IMG/VR virus record: IMGVR_UViG_3300022699_000293
Location: 23,131-87,130 of that record
Length of the DNA stretch: 64,000 nt
Source: a virus
Reading direction: 5' to 3' (one strand)
Position 1 is the stretch's first letter; every line of letters begins with the position of its first letter. This document shows positions 41,570 to 51,348 of the stretch, piece after piece. The position numbers and the translations under genes were made by a program. Below the pieces are notes generated by a model that searched no databases, was not told the DNA's origin, and saw only the letters and a list, made by a program, of their open reading frames with translations.

Positions 41570-43138
41570 ATGCCATCCAAAAAAAATTTTAGCCATCTGG
41601 ATTCTTCTGAAGAAACCAAAAGAACCGCTTTGGGTGAACAACCCATGCGTGACAATCTTTTTGGGTCTTCTAAAAAAGTACTTGCTGACGTTAAACAATA
41701 CGATCCTAAGTCCGACACATATCGTGTCGTTACTCGAGGCGCAGGTGGAAATCCTAACGATCCCGGAGGAAGAAGTTGGGGAGGTGTTCCTAGAAAAGTA
41801 GAAGATCCGGGCACTATAGCACCTCTAGAAATAGGTACAGCTGTAGTCGTAGATACCTCTTTAGGTTTTCCCTACATTGATGGAGTTTTGAATATTAATG
41901 CAAGTAGGTCTAAAAGAGACCGTTCTCCTGTTGCTGGAAAACTAGCAGGAGCTCAGGGGGAAGTTATTACTGAAGCCACACAATCTTCAGGGATGCCGGG
42001 ATACTACAAAAATATTCAAACACCTGATGACGTAGTTCCTGGAGATTTTGTTCGTATGTCTCCTGACCAAAATTATATCGCAGTTTTACGCGGTAAAGAA
42101 ACTCGCTTATTTGGTAGCGAAAAATGCCAAATTACAGCTATAGGTCTTAATGATCTTCTTCGTGTTATTTGTGAGGATTACGAACATATTAACGGTTTTG
42201 GTACTTTTAGAATTACTAACGCTGAGGGTCGAGGAAATATAGAAATTAGAGGTGGGGCAGATCAACTTACTGAAACGGGGGGTTCTGAAGAAGAATGGAC
42301 CTTTCATTTAGATGTAGGGGATAGTGGTGAGCTACTAGATTTACGTGTTACTTCCCCAGAAGGTAAAACTCTTTCTCAAATTAAGTTAACTCCAGACGGC
42401 CAGATTCGTTTAATGGCAGTTAAAGGTATTGAGTTGGTTAACGCTGATGGAGCTCCTAGAAGTGAAGAAATTGGAGGAGATCATTATCGTCGTGTACTAG
42501 GAAGCACTAAAGATACTATTTCCGGGTCTAGTCGAAAAACTGTAGAGGGCTCTCAAACTGATAAGATTTCAGAAACTAAACGTACTGTCATTGGTAATGA
42601 CGATGTTAAATCTGTAAATCGTCACCAACAAGTGCAAGTAGGAGGGAACCTAACAAAGACAATTACTGGGGGAGATCCTCTCACAGCCAAACCAACTAAT
42701 AAAGCTGCAGATGTTCAAGTTTTGAATGGGAGTTATTTCTTGGAGTTAGGTAATCCTACGGCTGGAGCTAATCCCCAAGCAATGGCTAGTTATAATGTTT
42801 TTGTAAATAACGGGGCAATTAATCTAGGAGAAAACCCTAGTCCCTTTGCTGTACCTGCATCTCTCGCAACAGTTAATTTAAATACGACAAAACCCGAAAC
42901 CATAGCATTAGGGGGGACAATCGAACCTGGCTCGAACATGGCTACGCAACACGCCATGTTGTTCGAACCTTTTTCGTCTATGATGACGCAATTAATTAGT
43001 TTGTTAGATTCGCACACACACTCAACTGCATGGGGTCCATCTAGTCCTGCGATGGCTCCCAACCCTGGAGGTTTTTCTTCGGCCTTATCAAGTATGGTTC
43101 CTAATATTTCTAGTATTCGAGTAAAAATTGGTGCGTAA
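41570..43138 (+). CDS. Baseplate hub/spike (gp5/VgrG-like)
   Basis: OB-like N-terminus, beta-helix repeats (IGGD..VLGS..ISGS..VEGS..IGND..VGGN), C-terminal HTH metal-binding tip motif. Confidence 0.65.
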   Translation: MPSKKNFSHLDSSEETKRTALGEQPMRDNLFGSSKKVLADVKQYDPKSDTYRVVTRGAGGNPNDPGGRSWGGVPRKVEDPGTIAPLEIGTAVVVDTSLGFPYIDGVLNINASRSKRDRSPVAGKLAGAQGEVITEATQSSGMPGYYKNIQTPDDVVPGDFVRMSPDQNYIAVLRGKETRLFGSEKCQITAIGLNDLLRVICEDYEHINGFGTFRITNAEGRGNIEIRGGADQLTETGGSEEEWTFHLDVGDSGELLDLRVTSPEGKTLSQIKLTPDGQIRLMAVKGIELVNADGAPRSEEIGGDHYRRVLGSTKDTISGSSRKTVEGSQTDKISETKRTVIGNDDVKSVNRHQQVQVGGNLTKTITGGDPLTAKPTNKAADVQVLNGSYFLELGNPTAGANPQAMASYNVFVNNGAINLGENPSPFAVPASLATVNLNTTKPETIALGGTIEPGSNMATQHAMLFEPFSSMMTQLISLLDSHTHSTAWGPSSPAMAPNPGGFSSALSSMVPNISSIRVKIGA

Positions 43139-43226
43139 TAATCACCTTGTACGCCCCTGTAAGTTACCCTATACTTGGAACAGTAATTGAGGTGAGCTAA
43201 AAAGTCCCTAAACGGAGGGTTAAACG

Positions 43227-44144
43227 ATGAAACTGCTAGCGACTGCTTTAGTAAATGACCTAGTTTTGCAAGATCCCTATCCTTCAGATGGAAAGAAAGT
43301 CATTACACTTCCCATCACAACACCCACTACAACTGTTGAAACGGAAGTTACTCGAGGCCAGTTAGAACGGTTGCGCCCTCAATTAGTATCTTTCGAAGCT
43401 AAAGGTCTGGTACATTGGGCAGTAGAAGCTTCGGATGAAGATGATCGTGTTGATGAGTTTGGCTATGAAGGTTTACCTATGATACAACTCATCGACACCA
43501 ACGCTAACCCCCTATCAGTCGGTGGTGGTGTCGCAGGTGGAACAATTACTGGAATTAATTTGCTTGGTGGTCAAGTAAAGGACCATGTGACTGTAGGAGA
43601 TACTACAGACCCTAATAATTGGATGCGTGTGGATTTAAATACTGCAGCTTATCCTGAAAGTGGTGACAGTAATACAGGCGGATTTTTTACTTTTTCAATT
43701 GTGGATGCAGGTGTAGGTAATCCTATTGCTGTAGACACATATAATCCTGCAGTAGGTACTGATCCTTACGATCCTACTTTCGTGCCTGCTGAAATTATCA
43801 TGGAAGTAGACTTCGCTAATGCCGCACACACGTGGGCAGCTTTAGGAGCTGCCATTAACGCTGCGGCAGGGCCTGGTCCGGCAGATATTGTTCGAGCGGT
43901 ATGGGATGTTGGTACAGATCAAGCAAACATTGCTACAGCCGCTACGCGTTCTTCCGGATTGCTGAATGGAGCAGGGCACAGTTTATTAATTGGAGGAGCT
44001 CCCGCGACCATCGATTTTATTGATAACACTACCTTAACTTATTCAATTGCCGCACCTATCGTGGGTGCTGCGGGTGATTATGTCATGCTTGACTTGCGCA
44101 CTAATAACAAACTTGCCCAATTAGGCGCTGTCCTAGCTGCGTAA
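43227..44144 (+). CDS. Putative virion structural protein
   Basis: Own TATACTTG motif, SD ggagg and terminator; acidic, beta-rich. Confidence 0.5.
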   Translation: MKLLATALVNDLVLQDPYPSDGKKVITLPITTPTTTVETEVTRGQLERLRPQLVSFEAKGLVHWAVEASDEDDRVDEFGYEGLPMIQLIDTNANPLSVGGGVAGGTITGINLLGGQVKDHVTVGDTTDPNNWMRVDLNTAAYPESGDSNTGGFFTFSIVDAGVGNPIAVDTYNPAVGTDPYDPTFVPAEIIMEVDFANAAHTWAALGAAINAAAGPGPADIVRAVWDVGTDQANIATAATRSSGLLNGAGHSLLIGGAPATIDFIDNTTLTYSIAAPIVGAAGDYVMLDLRTNNKLAQLGAVLAA

Positions 44145-44153
44145 TTCAAAGCC

Positions 44154-44195
44154 AAAAAAAGAGGGTATACCTTTTAAATAGGCATACCCTCTTTT
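44154..44195. terminator. Bidirectional intrinsic terminator
   Basis: A7-gagggtat...ataccctc-T4 between convergent genes. Confidence 0.8.
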
Positions 44196-44204
44196 AACGT
44201 TATT

Positions 44205-44573
44205 CTATTTTTCTACATCCTTTTCCGCACTAAATGCATCTTGCTCATAGGGATTATTGTCTGTATCTCCCGATAAGAGCCATGCTTTGATCATCTGATA
44301 GTAATACCTAGGAAGAAAATTAAGCAGCCCTCCGTATCGACGAATTTGTTCACAATGGCGCAATTCATGACGTAGCACGTCGGGTGTAAAGTCTTCGTCT
44401 GACCTGTACACAATCAAATCGCCCAAAGCAAATGCTGCTTTATTTTTATGTTTTTTATCCCATAGGTTAATATTTTTATACCTAAAAAGTTCTACACCTT
44501 CTTCTGTTATACCCTGATAGCTAGCTCGGGTATGTGCCCAAAGATGCAATATGTCTAAAAACCACCCGTCCAC
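44205..44573 (-). CDS. Small HExxH metallopeptidase-like protein (DUF4157-like)
   Basis: AFALGD..VLRHELRHCEQ..NPYEQDA. Confidence 0.65.
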   Translation of the reverse strand: MDGWFLDILHLWAHTRASYQGITEEGVELFRYKNINLWDKKHKNKAAFALGDLIVYRSDEDFTPDVLRHELRHCEQIRRYGGLLNFLPRYYYQMIKAWLLSGDTDNNPYEQDAFSAEKDVEK

Positions 44574-44586
44574 ACCACCTCCCTCG

Positions 44587-45195
44587 TTAAGGAAGCAATT
44601 CTCGGTTCAAAAATTCTTCATAAAATTCATCAAGTTTGGCGTATGCATCTTCTTGCTCTACGTAAAATTCTTCTTCTGGATATAAATACACAGGTGGAGA
44701 CGCTATTTCTTCTAACTCTGCTACCCACTTAATTCTCTTAGTTCTTCTCTTGATATTTAATCTACGTATTAATATAGTTGAATCTTCTAATTCTTTATCC
44801 GAAAGTTGGCTTAGCTCAACTACTTTACCTTCTGAGTTCATCCATAGGTCAAAATCATCTACCCATTGCCAACTTTCCGATACTTTCTTCTCTGGTGACT
44901 TGCATTGTAATTTTTCCTCTGGTGTATACACGTATATCTCTCGAGAATCTACAGATAAAATTTTTTTACCCTCTTTTATACGTATTTTCTCAATTCTATC
45001 CGCTGTTCCGTTACTTTCTATACTGGCTTTAACAGAATGAACAAATGCCGCATGTTCTAAGCATCCTGGAATTTTTACATATTCTCCATTTTCACATTTT
45101 GCTGTAAGTTCCACGCAACAATCGCTAGAACACCCTTCTACAGCACACCCTACATATTTGGACTTATGGTGTCGTTGTTTTAGGTAGTACCCCAT
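44587..45195 (-). CDS. Hypothetical protein with Cys-rich N-terminus
   Basis: CAVEGC..CLEH. Confidence 0.55.
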   Translation of the reverse strand: MGYYLKQRHHKSKYVGCAVEGCSSDCCVELTAKCENGEYVKIPGCLEHAAFVHSVKASIESNGTADRIEKIRIKEGKKILSVDSREIYVYTPEEKLQCKSPEKKVSESWQWVDDFDLWMNSEGKVVELSQLSDKELEDSTILIRRLNIKRRTKRIKWVAELEEIASPPVYLYPEEEFYVEQEDAYAKLDEFYEEFLNRELLP

Positions 45196-45212
45196 CAGTA
45201 AAATCTTTCATA

Positions 45213-45265
45213 CAAAAAAAAGGCGTGCGAACCGGGAGGTTTCGCCGGTGGTACGCACGCCTTTT
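45213..45265. terminator. Intrinsic terminator (bidirectional)
   Basis: A8-ggcgtgcg...cgcacgcc-T5. Confidence 0.75.
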
Positions 45266-45278
45266 TGAAGAAGAAGAG

Positions 45279-45407
45279 CTACTTGCTCTTCTCCTTCTTC
45301 TGCTTCTTCTTCTTCTGGTGGCGGCGTATTGCCGCCACCCCGGCTTCGCCTCCCCTGAGGACCATATAGGTCCCCACGGGGATTATCAGATTTTTCAGAA
45401 ACTGCAT
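45279..45407 (-). CDS. Small peptide with hydrophobic N-half and poly-Lys tail
   Basis: SD aaggag; CGGTACAAG motif upstream; terminator downstream. Confidence 0.55.
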   Translation of the reverse strand: MQFLKNLIIPVGTYMVLRGGEAGVAAIRRHQKKKKQKKEKSK

Positions 45408-45426
45408 GCCATTCTCCTTTCTTGGT

Positions 45427-45639
45427 TCAATTTCTTGTACCGTTTTCACCCCCCTTTTTTTGATTTTTTGTAGATTCTTTTTCAACCTTTTTTTCTGACT
45501 TATCTGGTCTCTTAGATTTTACCCATTCAAAGGCTCGTTTTGATACTTCTTCACCTAAAACAGCTGTAAGTGTCAGCCCAATTTCCATCAACGTACGTTT
45601 CCAAGTTCCTCCGGACGATGTTTCTGTAGTTTTTCCCAT
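45427..45639 (-). CDS. Small peptide with amphipathic helix and Lys-rich tail
   Basis: SD aaggag upstream of ATG 45639. Confidence 0.55.
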   Translation of the reverse strand: MGKTTETSSGGTWKRTLMEIGLTLTAVLGEEVSKRAFEWVKSKRPDKSEKKVEKESTKNQKKGGENGTRN

Positions 45640-45864
45640 TGCTCAAAGCTCCTTTCCTTGTTATGCTTTCAAATATGTCGTGGCAACAAAAACCACATTC
45701 GTCTGAATTAGAAAAATTAGGTAAAATGACTGTACGTTTATTACGCGTTGTTACTTATGAAAAATTAGCTAGAGCTCAAGCTCAATTACGAGCACAAGGA
45801 ATAAAAACAGATTTTGTAACACCTTTTAAACATCACGCTGCTCGAGATTTAGAGCGTTTAAAAA

Positions 45865-46581
45865 TTGATGGAACTTCAAGCCAAACAAAAAGCAAAACGT
45901 GATAAAACTCTATATACTAGAGCTCAAAAACGTTTTGGAGGAATTATTTCATCTTTGCGCGGAGGCGCGCCTATAGGCTTATCAATAGGACATGTTCTTA
46001 GAGTAAATCCGAAACTCGAAAAAACCCCAGCAATAAAAAAAGATAGACGCCGTGGCTTTATGAAAGCTTCTTATTCTGAAGCACGTACTTTAAATATTTC
46101 TTTTGAACAACTTGACGACGAATCAACTTGCGCTTTTATTTATAGTCGAGAATTAAATAAGTCTGCTACATTTCTTTATACCACATACGGACACTTATTT
46201 ACGAAAGCTAGTCGAGACCTTTGGAAATGTGCTTACTTACGCACCACGTTAGGAGATTCTGTGTTTAAATGGTTGTGGGATAAGGCGTGTCCTACGATTA
46301 CAACTACAGAAGAACCTGTTTGGAAAACTTCGGGAAATTGGAAAATTGAAACTAAAACTGTCAAAGATTCTTCTAACGATGTATACGGTGATATTTTACA
46401 AGCTACTGAAAAACTAACATCTGCTCCTGCGGGACATAAAACGACACCATTTAAACACTTGATTTTATACGACTGTAATTATGTTTTTTATCTATGGAAA
46501 TTGTACGGAGCCGGTACGTTTTCCTTGGGTAAATTACCTGTATTAAGTACACAACAAATGCGTCTTATCATGGATAGGTAA
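45865..46581 (+). CDS. Hypothetical protein
   Basis: 238-aa ORF. Confidence 0.5.
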   Translation: MMELQAKQKAKRDKTLYTRAQKRFGGIISSLRGGAPIGLSIGHVLRVNPKLEKTPAIKKDRRRGFMKASYSEARTLNISFEQLDDESTCAFIYSRELNKSATFLYTTYGHLFTKASRDLWKCAYLRTTLGDSVFKWLWDKACPTITTTEEPVWKTSGNWKIETKTVKDSSNDVYGDILQATEKLTSAPAGHKTTPFKHLILYDCNYVFYLWKLYGAGTFSLGKLPVLSTQQMRLIMDR

Positions 46582-46585
46582 TTTT

Positions 46586-48406
46586 ATGGGATGGAAAAAA
46601 TGGGAATTAAATCTTCCTGATTTAAGTCCTGCCGAGGACTTAGCGGAGATTATAGACAAGATACGAGAATATCTAGAAACCATTGTAGGTATCTTAGAAA
46701 CTATTTTAAATTTTCTTGTTGCTTTTAGTGACCCTCTAGCGGAAGCTATAAAAAGTTTAATTGATGCTATAAAAGAAGTTATCGAAGGTTTCCTAGAAGA
46801 CGTTGGTCTTTATGTTTTACACGTACCTGTACGTAAACGTTTTATGACCAATTTTTTGGATTTGGGAGATATTACTCCTGGCTGGGCAGGCGATCTAGGC
46901 ATTTTTGGCGAAGGGGTTGCTGACACTGATAATCCGGGAAATGAAGATCAAATAAAACCTCCATGGCAAGATGACAGTTTGAATGATTTTCTTGTTAATG
47001 CCAACAGATACAATGGAGGAAATTTTGGATTCTTTAAAACCGTAGTAGACTCTCTATACGATAATGGGGATATTAATCGTCCTCAGTTTTTTGATGAAGA
47101 TGACTACATCGGAGGAGTAGTTTTTCTGGTAGGGACCAATTTCGATCCTTTAGGATTTCTTGACGACATATGGAAACTTTTTGGGTTATTTGATTTAGGT
47201 GTAGACGGCGTACCCAAAGCACCCCGTCCGAAAAACCTACAAGCTCGCGCTATTACACCTATAATTAAAAGTTCCGCAAATTCTTCTGGAGGAACTTTCA
47301 GTGCTTACTTAGAATGGGATCCTATGGAAGTACCTATTACTACCTTAGCCGATTTGGGTGGTATGATTCTTTACCCTCAACGTTATGCTATTTTACGAAG
47401 TAAAAATAACGTTAATGCTTTATCCGCCAATTCCATTCCGGATTTGATGGGATCTCGAACACTTTCCCAAGGGGACAAATTCGAATCTACTGAAGTAATT
47501 TATGAAGGCCCTTACGATATGGCAGCGGTGACTCACTTAGATGAGAATATTCACGCTGAACCTGACGATTCTTTTTATTACACCGTAGCTTGGAAATTGA
47601 AAGGTTATAATAAAGACGATAATAGACTAGATTCTTCTGCGGGAAAAGAATACGAGTACTGGTACACCTCTAATGTCGCACGCGTTGTTCCGTATCCTAC
47701 ATTACCTGCTAGTACGCCTCCAGATTGGATCCGCACACCTTCCGTAGCTTCAATATTTCCTCAATTTGCTTATTTCCTACGTTTAATGGTTGCGGAATTG
47801 GAAAAGTTAGCCGACAAAATTACAGGAGGTTTGGACTTACTTAAAGAGTACGTGGATTTTCTTAAATCCGAAATTAACAGATACGAAGCTCTAGTTAATC
47901 GAATTTTAGACGCTATTGAAAAATTGCAAATTAAATTTCAACTTCCTGATGCAGGAGTTTATTACCGTTTTTTCGAAGGAAAAGGAGGTAATACATTTTT
48001 GATTCAAGATTTGGCCCTCTCTTTAAGAGAGTCTTATAAGTCAGCACCTCCTTTTCATGAAGGTGATGAATATGTCACAGGTATAGTTTTATTGACTGGG
48101 GGACCTACGGCAAGTTCCGAGTTGGGAGAAGGTGTGAGTTCCGGAAAAGAATCAGTTAAAACTTTAATAACTCTTTTAGGGTGGTTGTTTGGGAGTGGTT
48201 CTAGCAAACTAACTCCAGTTCTTGAAAACTTAGATACTGCGGTAAATCAAATTGAAGAAAAGTATTTCGAAGAAGATATGTCCGTTGGTTCTCCTCCACC
48301 TCCTAGCGAGTTAGATTTAGCACCAACATTATGCGAAGAACCGCAACCCGCCCCACAAAAAACTTTTAATTCCGATATGTCTATAGAAACGGAGACAAGT
48401 GAATGA
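46586..48406 (+). CDS. Putative baseplate/virion protein (helical ends around an FN3-like middle)
   Basis: 606 aa; repeated Y.l..G.GGN/GG.V patterns at both ends; P.NL.A..LEWD..YYTV. Confidence 0.45.
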   Translation: MGWKKWELNLPDLSPAEDLAEIIDKIREYLETIVGILETILNFLVAFSDPLAEAIKSLIDAIKEVIEGFLEDVGLYVLHVPVRKRFMTNFLDLGDITPGWAGDLGIFGEGVADTDNPGNEDQIKPPWQDDSLNDFLVNANRYNGGNFGFFKTVVDSLYDNGDINRPQFFDEDDYIGGVVFLVGTNFDPLGFLDDIWKLFGLFDLGVDGVPKAPRPKNLQARAITPIIKSSANSSGGTFSAYLEWDPMEVPITTLADLGGMILYPQRYAILRSKNNVNALSANSIPDLMGSRTLSQGDKFESTEVIYEGPYDMAAVTHLDENIHAEPDDSFYYTVAWKLKGYNKDDNRLDSSAGKEYEYWYTSNVARVVPYPTLPASTPPDWIRTPSVASIFPQFAYFLRLMVAELEKLADKITGGLDLLKEYVDFLKSEINRYEALVNRILDAIEKLQIKFQLPDAGVYYRFFEGKGGNTFLIQDLALSLRESYKSAPPFHEGDEYVTGIVLLTGGPTASSELGEGVSSGKESVKTLITLLGWLFGSGSSKLTPVLENLDTAVNQIEEKYFEEDMSVGSPPPPSELDLAPTLCEEPQPAPQKTFNSDMSIETETSE

Positions 48407-48672
48407 CTGTTATGTACGATTTTGAATGTCTTGCTTGTGGTAAAATTTTTGAAGAAGTTGTAAATTCTTCCAAAGAAAGCGTTTCTTGTCCTTATTGCGG
48501 TAGTGACACTACTCAAAAAATCTGGATTAAGAGTCCTTCATGCTTAACTGAAATAATTCCATCTTATCCTGGATGTAAAAAACAAAAAGCGGGATACGTT
48601 CATACACATGGAAATCGACCTGCAACTAAAATAATGTCGGGTCCCGGGGGAGTTACAACACCTAAAAAATAA
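48403..48672 (+). CDS. FmdB-family zinc-ribbon protein
   Basis: MYDFECLACGKIFE..CPYCGS. Confidence 0.8.
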   Translation: MTVMYDFECLACGKIFEEVVNSSKESVSCPYCGSDTTQKIWIKSPSCLTEIIPSYPGCKKQKAGYVHTHGNRPATKIMSGPGGVTTPKK

Positions 48673-48780
48673 AAAAAGGGGGAGACCCGGAATTAGTCTC
48701 CCCCCAGGACGGTCCACTAGTTTCCAAACCAGGGTTAGTCCCTCTTCTTTTACCATGAAAAATGCCCTATAATTGAAAGC

Positions 48781-49416
48781 ATGACGCACGGTTTATTAAA
48801 AAATGCGTACCCCGTTTGGACACGAATTCCAGGTACACCGTTTACCTTACCTGGACGTCCAGACTATAGAGAACGTTTAACGGGTATGACTGAATGGGCT
48901 CCTCGACCTATGGTAGAACGTATGGGTAGAGGTTTAGAGCAAGGTCGATCTGTAGAAGACTTGGTTCAAGACGAAAAAAGTCGAGGTTTATTGCGCCATG
49001 TAGGTATTGGCACACTAGGTGGAGGAATTATTGGAACTGCTGCAGGCCGGATAATGGGTGGTGAAGCAGCATCGCGTCCCTGGAAAAATATCTTAAAATC
49101 TGGTATTAGTCGAAGTACTTTGGCTAAGTTAAAGAATATTCCTCGTGTAGGTAAGATAGCTCCTCTCATAGGAGCCGGGGCTGGGCTGCTTACAGGTGCA
49201 GGATTGTGGAAAGGACAAGAATCTGAACGGCAGCAAAAAGCTCAAGAAGTTGCAAGAGGACTCACAGCAGAACGCATTTTACAACGTAATGCATTGCAAC
49301 AAGCACTGCTAGGTAGTACACAACCTACAAGTCAACCTCTTTTACGAGGTGTTCCTCTTACGTCCGCCACTTCCCAAGTACCTCTTGCAGTAACTTTAAG
49401 TAATTCTGGATTATAA
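48781..49416 (+). CDS. Glycine-zipper KxA protein
   Basis: LKNA leader; two GxxxG helices; TATAATTG just upstream with no SD. Confidence 0.6.
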   Translation: MTHGLLKNAYPVWTRIPGTPFTLPGRPDYRERLTGMTEWAPRPMVERMGRGLEQGRSVEDLVQDEKSRGLLRHVGIGTLGGGIIGTAAGRIMGGEAASRPWKNILKSGISRSTLAKLKNIPRVGKIAPLIGAGAGLLTGAGLWKGQESERQQKAQEVARGLTAERILQRNALQQALLGSTQPTSQPLLRGVPLTSATSQVPLAVTLSNSGL

Positions 49417-49417
49417 C

Positions 49418-50362
49418 ATGTTCGATTTGTTAGAAAAAATAGCAATACCTGAAGACGCCTTTTCGAAACGACTCAAAGCGCGTGAACGTGCTTTAGCCGA
49501 AGCTCGAGGAATGGCTCATAAACCTCCAGGTTCTAGAATTTCTGGAGTAGGTTCACATCCTGTTTTAGAAAAAGAGATTATAAAACAAACAGGACCTAGT
49601 ACAGGACAGAAAATCAAATACCATACGCTGGGACGTTTAAAACGTTTTTGGGGCCAACCAGGAAAATATAAATTATTACGCCGTGCTGGCGTGTTAGGAG
49701 GGTTAACTGGTTTGGGGTTATTAGGAAAAGCTTGGTATGACGCAGCACAAAATGAGAAAGTATTGAAAAATTTACAAGCACAACAAGCGCTACGAAAATT
49801 TAGTGCCAAAAAAGATTACCGTCCAGAAGCTCCCGTAACACCTAAACCTCCAGGATACCCATCAGAGCCTGCTCCTATGAGTACATCTGCGGGACCCCCG
49901 AATACTCCGCCGCCCCCAGAAAGTTTGGAATACGCTGAGAAATCTCAAAAACCTCCGAAACCTCCTAAGTTAAAAACAGCAGAAGAGGTTATTTCAAAAA
50001 TAGCATTTTTAGAAGAAGGTGCTACTCCCTGGCTTGCCGGTGCGGGTGGGGGTGTGGGAGGTTACCTTCTAGGTAAGAAAGTTGTTGATCCTTTACTTAA
50101 AATGAAACAAGAATCTATTTTAAACAATATACGTAAAGGACGTAAGATCGTTGAAGGTTTAGAAAAAAGTAGAAAAATAGCGCCTCTCGCGGGTGCTACT
50201 ATCGGAGCTCTTCTCTTAGCTGCTTTGACTGCTAAAAAAGCTAAAGATAAGCAAATAGAAGATATGTTGCGTATACAAGCAGCGGGAGGGCCAGGGCAAG
50301 AAGGTTTTTATCCCTATAATGTACGAAGTGTACGAGATCCGAGAGCAGCGTACTATGGCTGA
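49418..50362 (+). CDS. Multi-segment glycine-zipper KxA protein
   Basis: MFDLLEKIA, RKFS, LKTA, SKIA separating hydrophobic modules. Confidence 0.6.
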   Translation: MFDLLEKIAIPEDAFSKRLKARERALAEARGMAHKPPGSRISGVGSHPVLEKEIIKQTGPSTGQKIKYHTLGRLKRFWGQPGKYKLLRRAGVLGGLTGLGLLGKAWYDAAQNEKVLKNLQAQQALRKFSAKKDYRPEAPVTPKPPGYPSEPAPMSTSAGPPNTPPPPESLEYAEKSQKPPKPPKLKTAEEVISKIAFLEEGATPWLAGAGGGVGGYLLGKKVVDPLLKMKQESILNNIRKGRKIVEGLEKSRKIAPLAGATIGALLLAALTAKKAKDKQIEDMLRIQAAGGPGQEGFYPYNVRSVRDPRAAYYG

Positions 50363-50554
50363 ACCTACAATATATCGAAGAGCTACCATCACTCTTCCAG
50401 CAAAACAACCAAAAAAAAGAGATTTAGAAAAATGGTATAAGCATCGAAAACATAAAAGTCGTTCCTTAACCCCTCCCCGTTCTCATAAAAATTAGTTGAA
50501 AAACTAGATATTCTCTGGTACAAGAAAATCACAGGAATGGATCTTTGATATTTC

Positions 50555-50938
50555 GGGGGTGACACGGTTTCTACGTTTGTGCAGGCCATGTTTTAGGTGC
50601 ACGTCCCGCTTTGTGTATTTCAGCGGGTTAAAAAGAATACACAAGTAAAGTTGGCAACAACGTAATTCCTTTCCCGAAGGTTGCAGCGACACCCGTCGCC
50701 AAAGCTGCCTGATGTGGGAATGTTCTGCGCGTAAGGTGCTCAAGTAGCGCGTAGGGCAACATTCACTTGAGCTAAGCTAAAGGGATCTCTGCTATCTTTA
50801 GTCGAAAAACAAGCACGCAGAGCAATGCTGTTTCACATTCGTTTGCTTGTGTGTAACAGTAAGGAAAAGCAAACTAAACGTGTGAATGACCTGGGCATAA
50901 CCCACAGGCGGACTCGGGTTCGACTCCCGACACCTCCA
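50555..50938 (+). ncRNA. ssrA: tmRNA; tag peptide (A)GNNVIPFPKVAATPVAKAA
   Basis: GGGGGTG/CACCTCC acceptor with G3:U wobble and discriminator A; T-arm TCGGGTTCGACTCCCGA; tag ORF 50653-50712 ending in AA-stop; CCA not encoded. Confidence 0.92.
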
Positions 50939-50973
50939 CTAGTTCTTTGACAACATAATACCATGATTTCCTC

Positions 50974-51039
50974 TGTCCCCTCACGAAACATCCTTAATAA
51001 GGATGTCTCAGATCTCCTGACTGACGAGTTGAGGGGACA
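50974..51039 (+). ncRNA. Type II hammerhead ribozyme
   Basis: C-GAAA, stem III ACATCCTT/AAGGATGT, GUC cleavage triplet (51005-07), stem I TCAG/CTGA, CTGACGA-G core, stem II TGTCCCCTC/GAGGGGACA. Confidence 0.88.
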
Positions 51040-51128
51040 AAGCAGTTAACTGATCTGCTTATCAATAACAGTTGGTACAGTGATTTCTGTGGAAAAAAAG
51101 TTTAAGGTCTACGTACTTTAACCTTTTT

Positions 51129-51237
51129 GGGAAATTAGTCGACGGACTAAAAAGGGAGACATTGCAATTGTCGCCTGGAGGTTCGAACCCTCACGCTGTA
51201 TCCGAAAATAAGTAAACTTCGGCAACTTGTTTTCCCT
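51129..51237 (+). pseudogene. Aberrant tRNA-Cys(GCA)-like element with ~37-nt insert after the T-arm
   Basis: GACA-TTGCAAT-TGTC anticodon arm; GAGG-TTCGAAC-CCTC T-arm; GGGAAA/TTTCCC acceptor with U discriminator displaced downstream. Confidence 0.5.
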
Positions 51238-51264
51238 GTTAACAATTTGCCGAATAAAGAAAGA

Positions 51265-51348
51265 GCCGGGATGGCGGAATTGGTAGACGTGAGGGACTTA
51301 AAATCCCTTGGGCAATTACCCGTGCGGGTTCGATTCCCGCTCCCGGTA
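51265..51348 (+). tRNA. tRNA-Leu(TAA)
   Basis: Full cloverleaf with long variable arm. Confidence 0.95.

Noticed and set aside
50433-50441. TGGTATAAG as another promoter copy
   Set aside because: Falls inside a plausible small ORF starting at 50355 and may be coincidental
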